From positions 5,208,001 to 5,272,000 of the forward strand of contig OX597833.1 in assembly GCA_951406725.2 (NCBI GenBank): a stretch of 64,000 nt of DNA, written 5' to 3'. Positions 1 through 58,329 of this stretch are shown in pieces; the first letter of the stretch is position 1; every line of letters begins with the position of its first letter. The notes below the pieces were generated by a model. That model did no database searches. It saw only the letters and a program-made list of their open reading frames with translations, and had not been told where the DNA came from. The stretch comes from Octopus vulgaris. Taxonomy: Eukaryota. A program made the translations under genes and the position numbers.

Positions 1-34
1 CGATGACAAAAAAAAAACAAGATTTATGTTTGAC

Positions 35-425
35 TCACGCAACTGCCCACATCTTGGAGATATCAGTTCTCAGGTCTCAATATTTGTCGACCTTTTCTCT
101 TTCATGATAATTAGCTTTTCTCGTGCCACTGCCACGTCAATTATTAAGCGCTATTGTTTGTCCCTCTTAAAGGTTACTATATCTATCCTTCGATGCTCTA
201 ACACTTTGTCTGCCTGGGAGTCAAACCACCAGACGATCTTTGCTTCCCCGTTTTCGTCCATTATCTTTTACCAAGCGGACGTTACCCCGTATCCATACAT
301 CCGGCATAGTACCCTGTGAATGTTTTGGGCAACCTTGTATCTGTGCAAGACCTTCACAAACACTAAGAACAAGAGTCACGCTTTCGACCTTCTTCCCCCA
401 CATTCTGCAGAGGTTTGTGGCTCTT
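35..425 (-). mobile_element. Degenerate R4/Dong-type (RLE) non-LTR retrotransposon fragment
   Basis: Minus-strand translation across stops and frameshifts gives a decayed zinc knuckle (CRMWGKKVESVTLVLSVC), then VLEHRRIDIV..LIIDVAV..EKVDKY-DL, the RLE motif order. Its 5' end abuts the (AAT)n tract at 430-521. Confidence 0.7.
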
Positions 426-429
426 ATCC

Positions 430-445
430 TTATTATTATTATTAC

Positions 446-521
<76 letters not shown>
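430..521. repeat. (ATT)n microsatellite
   Basis: Direct reading. Confidence 0.97.
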
Positions 522-522
<1 letters not shown>

Positions 523-714
523 GCAAGCTGGCAGAATCGTTAGCACGCCGGGCAAAATGCTTAGTGTCATTTCATCCTACTTAACGTTCTGAGTTCAAAT
601 TTCCGCCGAGGTCGACTTTGTCTTACATTGTTTCGGGGTCAAAAAATTAAGTACCAGTTGCGTACTGGGGTCGATGTAATCGACTCGTCCCCTTCTGCCT
701 TCAGTAGAAAGAAT
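523..714 (+). mobile_element. tRNA-derived SINE family A copy
   Basis: A-box-like TGGCAGAATCGTT, B-box-like GTTCAAATTTCC and the shared body gccgaggtcgacttt...aagtaccag seen in more than ten other copies in the window. Confidence 0.85.
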
Positions 715-779
715 TATTTTAGAAAATTACTATTTTAAAATCTCACTAACGTGAGATATTCAGTAACAGTATTTTGTCG

Positions 780-1017
780 TAAAGATTGTTTGCCAACATA
801 ACATGGCAGTCCTGGTTTAGGACGAATGTTGCTGTAATTTAGCCCCAGGAGACATCGTCCCCAGCTGGCTATACAACATGATGTGAGTCCTTATATTTTT
901 GAACAAGGATACATATCATGTCTTATAGCCAGCGGGAGACGATGTCTCCTGGGACAAAATTACAGCAACATTCGTCCTAAACCAGGACTGCCATGTTACG
1001 TTGGCAAACAATCTTTA
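780..1017. repeat. Fold-back / MITE-like inverted repeat (~110-bp arms, ~10-nt loop)
   Basis: taaagattgtttgccaac...ggctatacaacatg is mirrored by catgtcttatagcc...gttggcaaacaatcttta; TA at both ends. Confidence 0.85.
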
Positions 1018-1046
1018 ATACAGAATTATTATTGTCGTTAATGTTG

Positions 1047-1232
1047 AGGTGGCGAGGTGGGGGAGTCGTTAGCACGCCGGTAAAGATGTTTGTCGGCATT
1101 TTGTCTGTCTTTATGTTCTGAGTTCATATTTCACCGTGGTCGACTTTGTCTCTTATCCTTTGAGGTCGACAGAATGAAATCGATTTACCTCTTGTCCCCA
1201 AATTATTGACCTTGAGTCAAAATTTGAAACTA
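1047..1232 (+). mobile_element. SINE family A, diverged copy
   Basis: gtcgttagcacgccgg...gttctgagttcatatttcaccgtggtcgactttg matches the family body. Confidence 0.75.
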
Positions 1233-1309
1233 TAATTGTTATTATTATTGGTGTTGTTGTTGTTGCCATAATAATAATAATAATAACAACAACAATAATA
1301 ATAATAATA

Positions 1310-1351
<42 letters not shown>

Positions 1352-1782
1352 GAGTGAGTGAGAGAGAAGCGTATGCCATCAAAGTGCTAACTTTTTTCTG
1401 CCAGCTGGCCGCCTCAATTACAATCAATTATTAACAACTGATTCTTTTATCGGTTGTAATTTTGTATCGATTAACAGATTCCGCTTGGTCGCATTTTCTT
1501 CGAAGCTGAGACCACAAATTCTCAGGTCTTTGGGTCAAAGCTACGCTTGGTGTTCTTTTAGATGTATTTGTATTTCGGCGACTCCCTTTTAATTTTTTCT
1601 CAATATCTTCGTTTTTATTGATGTATCGAAGGAAGAGACGATGTCTGCTAAACAATCGATTCATTTTAAAAAAATGCAGAAACAAATTCATCCTCCAAAA
1701 ATAAATAAAATCGATGAGTATTCTAAAAAATTCGAAATTCTATACGAATTGATGGAACAACCAAAAATCATTCCTTAGTTCC

Positions 1783-2836
<1,054 letters not shown>

Positions 2837-3334
2837 TCCGGTGGGTGGACAAAATTAATAAAAACTCTTCATTTTTTTTTGTTTGTCGTGTATCTTCATC
2901 ACCAATAAATCGGAACGCGATAAATGAAGCCATCTCATAAATTGGCATGGTATTAAATGAAGCGTATCTTTTAATGAAACTTAGCTTCATTATCAACTAA
3001 TTATTAGCAAACAACTCGTTTTGGTCAATTTGACAAAAGAAGAGAATTACGACGAAAAAAAAAACCCCAAAAAAAAAACCAAAAATGAAAATAAGCTAAA
3101 AGAAAAACAATTTAATCAGTCTATCAATCAATCGATCAATCAATCGATCAATCAATAACCTGATCAACAAATCCTAAGACATCTCAAATAAAACGATTGA
3201 TACAGTGTATGGTTTGCAATATCAATTTTATTTTCGTATTTTCCAATAATTTCACAGAAAAATCTTTTGACGTTCATTATTTTCGATTGAAGTTTCGAGA
3301 ACGAAAAATGAAATCAACAATAATTATACAGTAT

Positions 3335-3523
3335 TATATTATATATACATGTTTGTGACTATCTGAGTGTGCATACGTGTGTAGAAATATATATGTGAGT
3401 GTGTATACATATATATACTTACATACATACATACATATATATATACATATATATCCATATATATACCTAAAATGTGTGTATGTATATATGTAAATATATC
3501 CATATATATACATATATATGTAC

Positions 3524-3568
<45 letters not shown>

Positions 3569-4112
3569 CATATATGCTTATATGTTTATATACGGATACA
3601 TACATGCGGACAAATATATGTATATATATGCATATTCATACATCTATATTTATACATGCATAGATACATACATACATACATACATATATATATGTATATA
3701 TATATATATAAATGTATATATATATATGTGTGTATGTATGCACATATATGTATATCTATATATATACACACACACATACACATATATATACGTATGTTCG
3801 TCTGTGTGTATGTATACATGCATGCATGTATGTATGTACGTATAAAACATACATCAGTGGCGTTATGTCAATATTCTGAACAAGACGATCTGAACGTTGA
3901 ACACAAAAGACTTGAATATATTTTGATACGGAACAGACAAGATGATTTGTGTTCAAATAACAACAACAAACAGTGTTGCTTATAAATAGTGCAGAAAAAT
4001 GTAAAAGAGACAGGGAAATGTTGAAAATGTGTTAAACAAGTTTGTTAGTTGACATAAATAGATAATAGCACTCCGTAAATATGTACTCCGGACGCAGAGG
4101 CGAAAATTCATA

Positions 4113-4144
<32 letters not shown>

Positions 4145-4379
4145 CATGTATATATATATATATATATATTTATACATATATATGCATATATTTATGTGCA
4201 TATATAGTTTTGTGTAATTATATGCATATATATATACGTATATATTCATATATATGCACAAATATATACATACATAAATACATACGTATCTATTCATACA
4301 GACACAGACTAATAAATGTGTAAGTACTTGTGTATATGAAGGCTGTGTGATTATGTGTATATACAAATATATATATATG

Positions 4380-4416
<37 letters not shown>

Positions 4417-4461
4417 CAATCAATCTATATATATATATATATATATATATTTATCAATCAA

Positions 4462-4504
<43 letters not shown>

Positions 4505-4523
4505 GTATATATTTATCAATCAA

Positions 4524-4563
<40 letters not shown>

Positions 4564-4625
4564 TGTATATATATATTTATATATACATGCATACAGAGGG
4601 AGAGAGAGAGTGAGAGAGAAAGACA
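3335..4625. repeat. Compound (TA)n/(CATA)n low-complexity region
   Basis: Direct reading; interrupted by unique sequence at about 3850-4105. Confidence 0.9.
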
Positions 4626-6753
4626 GGGACGTGATGTTCGGTCAATGTCTCGTGATAAGGGTGTTATTCACCGTTCCAGTTTTAATTACGTATTCTGATG
4701 ATGAAAGTTGAGTTTGTGTTCTGAAAGAAGAAAATTACATTGATTGATTAGGAAACAAAAAAAAAAGAAAAAAATGGAAAGAAAAAGACAAATAAGAAAA
4801 AAAAACAAGAAACATTCTTTCAACAAGCAAACTCAGTCGGTTGTTAGTTAACGTCCAAGTCTCGCGAGGTTTCTAAGTACAAAGTTCACAAACAGACATT
4901 ATTTTACATCACAAAACCTACACTGTTACGTCTAGCTGTTGATTCATACTGAATTTTATACTCGATGGTTTGTTGTTATCTAGTGCGCATGCATATATAC
5001 AAGTATGTGTATATGTTTCTATATGTACTTATAAACAAACACATAAACACACACAAACGCATACACACACATATTAATACATATTGATGTTTAAAAATAT
5101 GTTTAGAAATACTATATATACAAAATATACCGGTTTCGTTTTTTAAAGATATTCATGACTTCTAAAATTAATGAAGTTATTACAAGTTTAGGTTTATGTA
5201 ACCATCTGCTGTTGGTGATGTTTTATGAATTTGTGATATTCTATAAAATCATAACAACATATAAAATAATGAAACTATAACATCCTTAATTGCAAAATAG
5301 TTGATATCTTTAAAAAAGAATTAAGACCGGTAGAATACATAGATTACATAAACGCTATTTTCCTATATAAAGTTACATAAATGTAGTCAGTGTCTTTTGA
5401 TTATTTGGTATTAGCTGAACTGTGAAATATTGCTATAACTGCTTCTAGTCACCTTCAAAACTTCTGGCAGCCTCTACTTCGGTTGTGGCATTGATAGTCA
5501 TTAGTAGAAAGGTATTCTCTTTGCTGTTGTTGCTGTCCAACATCTTTGTCTTATCGTCCGGTTCCAGAAAGATCGTCTTTACCCCCCGAGCTCTAAACCC
5601 TTTCGAAACCTCACTATTTCCTCGCAGACCAACTCTAAATGTGTATAAAGAGAAACCGTCAAAGGTTATCTCGTGTAATCGTATCCCTAAAATCAAGGTC
5701 TCGCTGATGACATCTATATTTCGTGATCTCAGGCCCCAACTCACGTGGATTTCTAAAATCTACTTTAAATGCTGCCATGTTGATATTAAGAAAAGAATTA
5801 ACGGTGGTTACTTACCTTGGTTTTGGAGAAGGGCGAGTAACCCAATCTCCTTGACGAGGGGTAGGTGAGCTTTTTCCAGAGTATTCCTACAGCACACGGG
5901 AAGTTTTCTCTCATCGTCTTTAGCAGAAGTCAGCAGTTACGGGGTTCGCTTGGTGGAGTTTAGGTGACAAGTTCTCCAAAGATTTTCTCGTATTTTTGTA
6001 TACTCGTGTGTGACGTGACATATACTTCATCAACTCGTTGCTTCGACAACGGTTGATGAAGGATGACATTTTGACTGTTTTGTTGTTATTGTTGTTGGCG
6101 TTGTTATAGATTTGGCTGTTGTAGTTCTTATTATAATGACGTTGCTGTTTGCTCGTTAATTGATTACCTGTTGCCAACCTAGCCGTCAGAGGTTCCAGCT
6201 CAGAGCGGTCCGTATTTGCTTTTATCTGCTTTCTCTTCACTCTAACAAAATCCTGTTGTGGGACGCGTAACTATCGTTGTTATTGATTTTATCATTTATT
6301 TTCACTTTGTTTGTTGTTCTTGTTGTTGTTGCCTACCCCTCTTTTGTTCCCAATAGAACGCATGGCAGCGGTTGTAACGATTTTAGTGGTGTTGGCTGTG
6401 GATGCGATGTGGTTGTTTTGGTGCAAAAACTGACTGGAAGAGGAAAACTCTACTTCTGTGAAAGGAATGCGATGAGAGGGAGGCTTTCATTGGTTTCTTC
6501 CACTCACCAACCTCTCTTATTCACCGACTATGAACCGCGGCGCCATATTTATATTTTCAGTTTTTTCCTCTTTTTTTTTTTTAGATAACTTGTATTTTTT
6601 ATGAGTCTAGAAACAAAGGAACCAACCGGAACAAGAAGAAGGAAACATAAAAAAAAAACAACAAAAACAAATCCCTGAAAGGGCAAACTATCGACAATTC
6701 TTTACAATTTACGGAGAGAAGCAAAACACGCGACTTGCGTGGACAGAAAATAT

Positions 6754-6801
<48 letters not shown>

Positions 6802-6946
6802 TTTCCAGTGTTTGTTAATAACAGTCATTATGTAATAAGTCAAGAAAAGATTTAAAAAAAAGGGGGAAATATTTTTTTGTAGAATGAGATCACAGATAGA
6901 GGTTTTAAAAGGGAGCAGCAGTTGGGGGTTTGATTCCAGGTTGCCA

Positions 6947-49314
<42,368 letters not shown>

Positions 49315-49497
49315 ATTATTATTATTATTATTTTTAGTATTCTGTTTTCTCTCTCTCTTTTTTTCTCTTCTAAAATTGTTACCAATTTTTAATATGTTGA
49401 TTGCAGACGGCCCTTGCTCTTCTCTATACGCTTTCTACCCACTCACGCGCCGCACGTTTTAATGATTTATTTGTAACAGCCCTGTGGCTAACAAAGA

Positions 49498-49572
<75 letters not shown>

Positions 49573-49666
49573 CATTATTATCATGATCATAATCATCATC
49601 ATCATCATTATTATTATTGTTGTTGTTGTTGTTATTATTATTATAATTATTATCATTATTATCATT

Positions 49667-49762
<96 letters not shown>

Positions 49763-50254
49763 TAGTAGTAGTAGTAGTACTGCTGCTACTACCTCTACTA
49801 CTACTGCTACTATTATTATTATTATTATTTTTGTTCTTGTTGCTGTTATAATAATAATAATAATAATAATAGTATCTTTATTATTATTATTATTGTTGTT
49901 GTTCTTGTTATTCGTATTGTTATCATCGTCGCCGCTTTTAATATTGCTAGGAAACCGCCAGAGAATTCTCTGCATGTAAAACCTTTAATTATTTGCAAAA
50001 GTCATTAATTAAAAGATTTTAAGAACAACACCACAGCACCCCCGCCCACCCCCACCCCCGCCTCGCCTTTATCATCGTCGCTGCCACCAACGCCCACACC
50101 GGCACTCTCTCCCTCCTCCTCCTCCTCCTCCGCTTCCTCTTCCTCCCCTTCCACTTCCTCTTTTCCCCCCTCCCCTCCCCTTAATCGTAACCATCATCGT
50201 CATGGAGTCGTCGCCGTTATCATCATCATTGTCATCATCATTATCAGCCGTCAC

Positions 50255-50337
50255 CACCGCCTTCACCATCATCATCATCGTCGTCGTCGTCATCAATCAT
50301 CACCACCACCACCACCACCATCATCATCATCACCACC

Positions 50338-50371
<34 letters not shown>

Positions 50372-50376
50372 TCACC

Positions 50377-50407
<31 letters not shown>

Positions 50408-50409
50408 CC

Positions 50410-50440
<31 letters not shown>

Positions 50441-50454
50441 CCACCACCACCACC

Positions 50455-50485
<31 letters not shown>

Positions 50486-50572
50486 TCATCATCGTCGTCG
50501 TCGTCGTCATCATCACTATCATCATCACCGTCATCACCACAACCACCACCCTCATCATCGTCATCATCATCG

Positions 50573-50618
<46 letters not shown>

Positions 50619-50645
50619 GTCGTCGTCGTCGTCGTCGTCGTCATT
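50255..50645. repeat. (CAT)n/(CAC)n compound tract
   Basis: Direct reading. Confidence 0.95.
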
Positions 50646-51530
50646 AAGCTGTTGAATCGCGATGCCATTTGATGTCTGAACGTAGCTAATTACTGGTATA
50701 AATTACAAACACGATTGTGGTGCATTTAGTGTGGTGCTTTGCCTTTTTTCCCGACAATCGCTACCCTCACTCTCTCCCTTCCTCTCCCTTCCTCTCCCTT
50801 TCCCCCCACCCTTTCCCAGTTCTTTGAACAGAAATCATTTCAACCATTCCACTTACCGTTTGCTTCGTCTGCATGTTGTCTTTTGTTTGGAGTGATTCTT
50901 TAACCTGATAAAAGAGACAAGATACAGTTATGTACAAGAATCGATATTCCTCAAATAGATTCAAGTAGAACTACTATACATGTTTCAGCTCATATTTAGT
51001 TTGTTTTGTGAAACCCCACCCACAAAAAATACATTCCCTCTCAACTAAATCTGCTAGATATAGTGACCAGATACCCCTCAGTTCATGTTTACCGTTTTCC
51101 ATTTCTTTCTTTTTATTTTCGTAAAAATACAAATCATTGATCTTTAAAGTTTCAGTGTACGAAAGAATTATTATTAGTTTAAACCATATAGTCTCACCGT
51201 ATAGAGGCTCTTTAGGATAAAAAACCGAGGTCTATTAAGAACAGTATGAATTACAGAAAGAGAGGCTTCAGATATATAATTGCATAGTGTCAGGTAAGTC
51301 TTAGTGCTACAGTAATATACCTTGCAACTCAGTACACTTGTCGCCTGAGCGGACTATCACCGACTAAACTGGCAACCCTACCAAAAACCTTCATGGTAAA
51401 GAGGCCGGTTTTCGTTGGACCCCTTGCAGGATGGAAAGCAAAACCTGTCAAAGGGCGGAAGATGTTTTGCGTTCTTGTCCCATTTTTGTATTTCTTTATA
51501 TATGTGTGTGTGTGTGTGTGCATACATACA

Positions 51531-51618
<88 letters not shown>

Positions 51619-51799
51619 TATGTATGTATGTATGTATGTATGTGTATACACACACATATATATATATATAATAAAAAACTTGAAAACCAGACCATGTTTT
51701 AACTTTATTCAACTGATATATTATTCTATTCACATTTACACAAATTCAGAATATACATATACATTCATACATACATACATACATACATACATACATACA

Positions 51800-51834
<35 letters not shown>

Positions 51835-51997
51835 TTTTTAATACAAATAAATGAAAGAATGGAGTTGAACGACGATTTAACAAAATTCCTTTATTCTCGA
51901 CATATGTTTCGAAGGCTGCATAATCCTAATTTCGAGAATAAAGGAATTTTGTTAAATCGTCGTTCAACTCCATTCTTTCATTTATTTGTATTAAAAA
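51835..51997. repeat. Perfect 66-bp inverted repeat with 31-nt spacer
   Basis: 51835-51900 is the exact reverse complement of 51932-51997. Confidence 0.92.
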
Positions 51998-52140
51998 AAA
52001 CGCACAAATTTCCACACGAAAGCACGTGATCTCTGCCCTTGGCATGTAGCTTCAACCGTGTTTTTCTGACGTGAATTTGCTACCCAGGTATCGGTTAACC
52101 GAATTATCCATACTAAGATAATTCATTCAACTACTTAAAT

Positions 52141-52230
<90 letters not shown>

Positions 52231-52442
52231 TTCATTACGTTGGGTGTTTAATTTCCTTGCTGTATTTGGTGTACAGAACATTTTAAAAGATGTTTTTAAG
52301 CCCGAAACCTGAAATAGCGACATGTTTAGCCATAAAGACAATATGAGAATAGCTGAAATAATCTTCTTTATCCTTGCATAAACTTAATCTATGTCGTCTC
52401 AGGATTTCTTATACAAATATGATCTGGATTATCTAGTAACAA

Positions 52443-52473
<31 letters not shown>

Positions 52474-54370
52474 AGCAGTAGCAGCTTTGTACCAAGACTA
52501 CAGCAGAACAAATCCCATTGCAAGAATATGTTGCCAAAGAAGCTGAAAAGAAGAGGAGAACTCCCGAGTTCCCACCCTCACCGAAAATGTCAGATGTGTT
52601 TATGGTAGTGGGGGTGGGGGAGATGATGTAAGCTGGGGTGTCGGAATGGGGGAGGAGTGATCTTTCTTTGAATGTTTCAACTGGTGGAGCTACCATATCG
52701 AGTCACACACGAAGTGGAAATGGTGGTGGTGGTTATGGTGGTTGTGGTTATGGTGGTGGTTGTGGTTATGGTGGTGGTTGTTATGGTGGGGTGGTTATGG
52801 TGGTGGTGGTAGTGGTTATGGTGTTGTGGTAGTAGTGGTTGTGGTAGTGGTTGTTGTGGTAGTGGTGGTTATGGTGGTGACGATGGTAGTTGTTGGTGGT
52901 GGTGGTTGCGGTAGTAGTGGTTATGGTGGCATTGGTAGTGTATGGTAATGGTTATGATGGTGGTATAGTGGTGGTAGTGGTGACGGTGTTGTAGTTATTA
53001 TTGTGATGGTGGTTGTGGTGATAGTGGTGATGATGGCGATGTTAGTAGCGGTGGTAGCGGTGGTTTTCGCATATGAAAAGTGAATCTAAGCAATTTCGTT
53101 CAATAATCAATAATCAATATACATGAAAAAACAAAATGATTAAAATATCACCCTGGGACTTATTTCTCGCGGGGGAAAATAACCTGTCTCTGCAAATTTC
53201 CCCTCCTGGATTCAACGCTTAGAAGTTCTAAAAGATATTATGGACGAATGATTGTTGCCTGTGCATCGAAGCCTCCCGTCTTCAAATCAATGAATTTGTC
53301 CAAATAAACGGTAAAGATCAATACATGTTCCCTGCGTTCACAAAGGAGCCGCTAACAGGGAACGCAGAAGCCCTAACAGATGCTCTAAGTTAATCCCATC
53401 CTGTCTGCTTCGGTTAAGTTTCTCGGTAATACGATCAATTGAAACTGGTGGTAAACCACCGATTTTGCGGTAGTTGATGATCTGGTAACTTTTTTAATCC
53501 TAGCATAATAATGTGAGATCATCTAAATTTCCCACAACTATAATTAGTTATTTTTTTCGCTACCAAGTCACCACAACAACAATTTGTGTATTCATTCGTG
53601 ACGTATCATGAAAGTATGAACACTCCCCAACGCCTAATTATAATAATATTGTACCTCTGTTAATCGCGATCGTTATTAACTTACCTGTTAACAAGCCACA
53701 ACACCCATTTTTTCAATCACTAATGATATACCATGAAAGCTGAAACACTCCCCACTTATACATAACTATAGTAATATAAAAGTTCAAATACCTAAAGGTC
53801 CTCTCTGTCTGAAGAGTAAGTTAATAGATAACTTACTTTCACTGCATAGAATACAATGTCCCAATATGAAAGAGGAAAAGAGAGGTAATATTTATCCCCA
53901 CTTAAGCGTGGATGTTCTGTTAGAACAAACTTTACTGCGGTATTTACTATGAGAGACACTCTCACATATGCCTTTGGTGCAGAATGTACGTTTGTTTGCT
54001 TATATCGCAGCGAGACCACTAGATCACGGGATTTCGATCTCCATTGATGTTATCGGTGATGGACACTCAACGGCTCGAGAGAGAGCAACGACTCATCTCT
54101 CCGCTAGCGTTGTATAGAAAATAAGTGCCAGAACAGGCACTGGTATCGCAATTCGCCAGTTCGCTTGTTAAAAATATACATTAGTGAGAGGCAGTATTAA
54201 TAGGGAGAGGTAATATTTATTCCCACTTAAACCTCAGCAGGTAAATATCAGGTGTCATAAATAATGGAATGTCCAATTTTCTCATGCACCAAGTTTGACA
54301 GCCGTTAACTTTAATGCTTTAACCTGACACTTCTTTGATGAGTGAACTAGATAACAATGGCACTAGTCTT

Positions 54371-54925
<555 letters not shown>

Positions 54926-54939
54926 CAATAATAATAATG

Positions 54940-54978
<39 letters not shown>

Positions 54979-54979
<1 letters not shown>

Positions 54980-55331
54980 TACCTGTTGTCATAGGTGCCC
55001 TGGGAATGATAGCAAAAGGGGCTGATTGGTACCTAACTCAGATACCAGGAAACCCCAAAATGGCAGAAATTCAAAAGATAGTGCTCATGGGAACTGTTCA
55101 TATCCTACGCAAAATACTTTCTATGTAATCTCAAGGTTTAAAACAAACATAATTTTCGTTTTTTCTTTTTTTTTTTAGACATTCACTAGTACAACACCAA
55201 AAGAAAAATACAAATATATGGCACACTAGGCATAACAACAACGTGAACTTCCAACTTGTTGTCTCTTGCGGTCTCTGGGTGAGACTTGGAGCCAACTTGT
55301 ACAAATATAAAGCAAAAGTCAAACATAGAAT

Positions 55332-55335
<4 letters not shown>
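54979..55335 (+). mobile_element. R4/Dong-type non-LTR 3' end within (AAT)n
   Basis: IPVVIGALGMIAKGADWYLTQIPGNPKMAEIQKIVLMGTVHILRKILSM*, ~200-nt 3' UTR, then (AAT)n. Confidence 0.85.
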
Positions 55336-55395
<60 letters not shown>

Positions 55396-56085
55396 TTGAG
55401 AAGAGCATTGTCGCTGTGAGAGCTGTTACTGCCCATGTATTTTAATTTAACCTTAAAAAAAAAATAAATAAAAAAATGAACGAACTATTGAGTTTGGTTT
55501 AATGGCCTACCAATGTATACTATGAGTTTCTTTGCCCTAGGAGTCGGGAAGACACTCGGCAAGAAATGGAAGCAAATTTGAAAGAAGAAAAAAAAAAGTA
55601 ATAATAATAATAATAAAGGCGGACGAAATACTGGTAAGCATTTTGCCTGGTGAGGAAACGATTGTGCCAGCCCGAAGCCTTATGCTATTTAAATATTACA
55701 ACATTTCCCACCAAGATGGCGTCTGTTCTGCCAGTATGGCTGTAGCGTTATGTAAGACGAATACAATACAATAAAGAGAAGAAAATGAACATTTTTTTCC
55801 GGTGTATTTAACTCATCTGGAACAGCGAAGTGTCCCGGTTCTGTAGTTTATTACTTATTTGTATAAAGTGTTTATACAAAATCGATATTTTATTTGTCAG
55901 TTTGATCGATCGCTAACCGTAAAGGGTAGGGTGGGGTGGGAGTGGGGTGGGATGGGGTGGAAGGAAAGTTTAGACGGAAATAAATGTAAATGGACGGACA
56001 GCTTTGACAGCAACGGGGGGAGGGGCGGAAGCCAAGAACGTAAGAAAGGTTAGAAAAGATGGTGATTGTTAGGGTTTGTGGTTCT

Positions 56086-56400
56086 TGATGACGACGACGA
56101 CGACGACGATGATGGTGAGCACAATGATGATGATGATGATGATGATAGTGGTGGTAGTGGTGGCGGTGGTAGTATTGGTAGCGGTGTTCGTGATAAATGT
56201 AGTAGTTGTGTTGACGATGTTGGAGGTGGCGCTCGTGGTGGCGAAGTTGATGATGATGATGATCATGATCATGACGGTGATGATGATGATGGTAGTGGTG
56301 TTGGTGGTGGCGGTGGTGTTGGTGGTGGTGATAATGATGATGATGGTGATAATGGCGATGATGATGATGACGACGACGATGATGATGGTGTTGGTGGTGG

Positions 56401-56441
<41 letters not shown>

Positions 56442-56447
56442 GTGATA

Positions 56448-56478
<31 letters not shown>

Positions 56479-56665
56479 CAACGACGATGATGATGGTGAT
56501 GATGACGACGACGATGATGATGGTATTGGTGGTGATGATGATAATGATGATGATGGCAATGTCGAAGAAGAAGAAGAAGAAGAAGAAGAAGAAGAAGAAG
56601 AAGAAGAAGAAGAAGAAGAAGATGGTGGTGATGGTAACGACGACGACAGTGATCATAACGATGAC
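56086..56665. repeat. (GAT)n/(GGT)n/(GAA)n compound tract
   Basis: Direct reading. Confidence 0.92.
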
Positions 56666-56974
56666 ATCTTAATTAGGTGAGACTCCCCAGAGTCGTAACT
56701 AAAGGAAACTGTTCATGTCTGCGATCCGAAACAGATCCTCAGATTCTACTCGTTACGAACCTACTGCACCAGCACATCGCTGCCCCGCACCGCTCCACCG
56801 CCTCGCCGCCTCAACGCCCCACCGCCTCGGCGCTTCCCCGTCCCGCCGCACTGGGTAACCTCTTCCGTAACCAATTTACCTCGGTAGACGGGAATCTCTG
56901 AGATTTCTGTAGAACTGGATAACCTGATAACGGTTAAGCGGACGAACCCTAATGTGTTAACAATTATACTAGGC

Positions 56975-57430
56975 ATGTGTGTGTGTGTGTATGTGTATGT
57001 GTGTATGTGTGTGTATGTATGTGTGTATGTATGTGTGTATGTGTGTGTGTATGTGTGTGTATGCATGTATGTGTGTATGTATGTGTGTATGTATGTGTGT
57101 ATGTGTGTAAGCATGTACGTGCGTATATATGTATGTGTGTATGTATGTGTGTATATATGTGTGTATGTATGTATGTGTGTATGTGTGTATGTGTGTATGT
57201 ATGTGTGTATGTGTGTGTATGCATGTGTGTATGTATGTATGTGTGTATGTATGTGTGTATGTGTGTATGTATGTGTGTGTGTAGGTATGTGTGTATGTGT
57301 GTATGTATGTTTGTATGTATGTATGTGTGTATGTAGGTATGTGTGTATATATGTATGTGTGTATCTGTGTATGCACGTATTAGTATGTGTGTACGTATGT
57401 ACGTGTGTCTGTATGTATTCACGTATGTAC
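56975..57430. repeat. (GT)n/(GTAT)n compound microsatellite
   Basis: Direct reading. Confidence 0.92.
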
Positions 57431-58265
57431 GTATCTGGTGTATGGAGCGTAAATTTATATGAAATTTCGATAGAAGCTGTTCGGATCACTTTAATCCCTT
57501 CGCTACCATATCTCTGCTGACATACGCCAGGTTAAATTGGTTTTGACGAACATGATAGAAAGATCTAGAAGTTAAATCATATGTCTAAGATAATTTCTGG
57601 TGAAATACTCTGCCTTCATTTTAATTAATTTCGAAAGAAAAAAAAATGAAAGATTTAGCAAAATATCTTTGCCATTATTTACTTGATGTCTGAAACATAA
57701 ACAGGATATTTTGATGGACGTTTTTAATTTAGATTATTTTGAAACTGAAAGTTTGCATCATGGATCCAGAGGCTGTCTCAAGCGGATTCGTACAGTAATT
57801 TTCTGTTTGGGCAGAGTATCTCTGTTGCTTATTTCTCCTAAGAGATTTACCAATTTTCCAAGCGTAATGAGCTGAATGCAAAATGAATTTCCTAATATCA
57901 AGTTCATTTACTATCTATTAATTAAATTTAATGTAATTTCCGGAACTCTGACTTCCATTCACTGCGAAACCATCAGCTAAATCTCGCTCAGATTACATCA
58001 TATCTTCTTTCATATTTTGTATCGTTTACTTGCTTCAGTCATTAGACTGCAGCCATGCTGGGTGCAACTCATTGAAAAACTTTTAGCCGAATAAATCGAC
58101 CCCAGGACTTACTTTTTAAAAACCTGGTACTTATTCAATCGGTCCCTTTTGCCGAACTGCTAAGTTACTGAGACGTAAACTCACCAACATATGTCGTCAA
58201 GCGAAGGTGGGGAATAAACACACACACACACACACTTGTATACATATTTATGTATGTATGTATGT

Positions 58266-58329
<64 letters not shown>

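Noticed and set aside
5445-6588. Several ~100-aa ORFs in unique sequence
   Set aside because: No recognisable motif; position downstream of the stop codon fits a 3' UTR of the calmodulin-like gene, whose end I cannot place.
53875-54230. ~27-bp direct repeat gagaggtaatatttat(c/t)cccacttaa
   Set aside because: Real, but no TIRs, tail or other element hallmarks between the copies; cannot be interpreted.
55713-55722. YY1-like AAGATGGCG motif as a promoter
   Set aside because: Short motif also present near 41937; no other promoter evidence.
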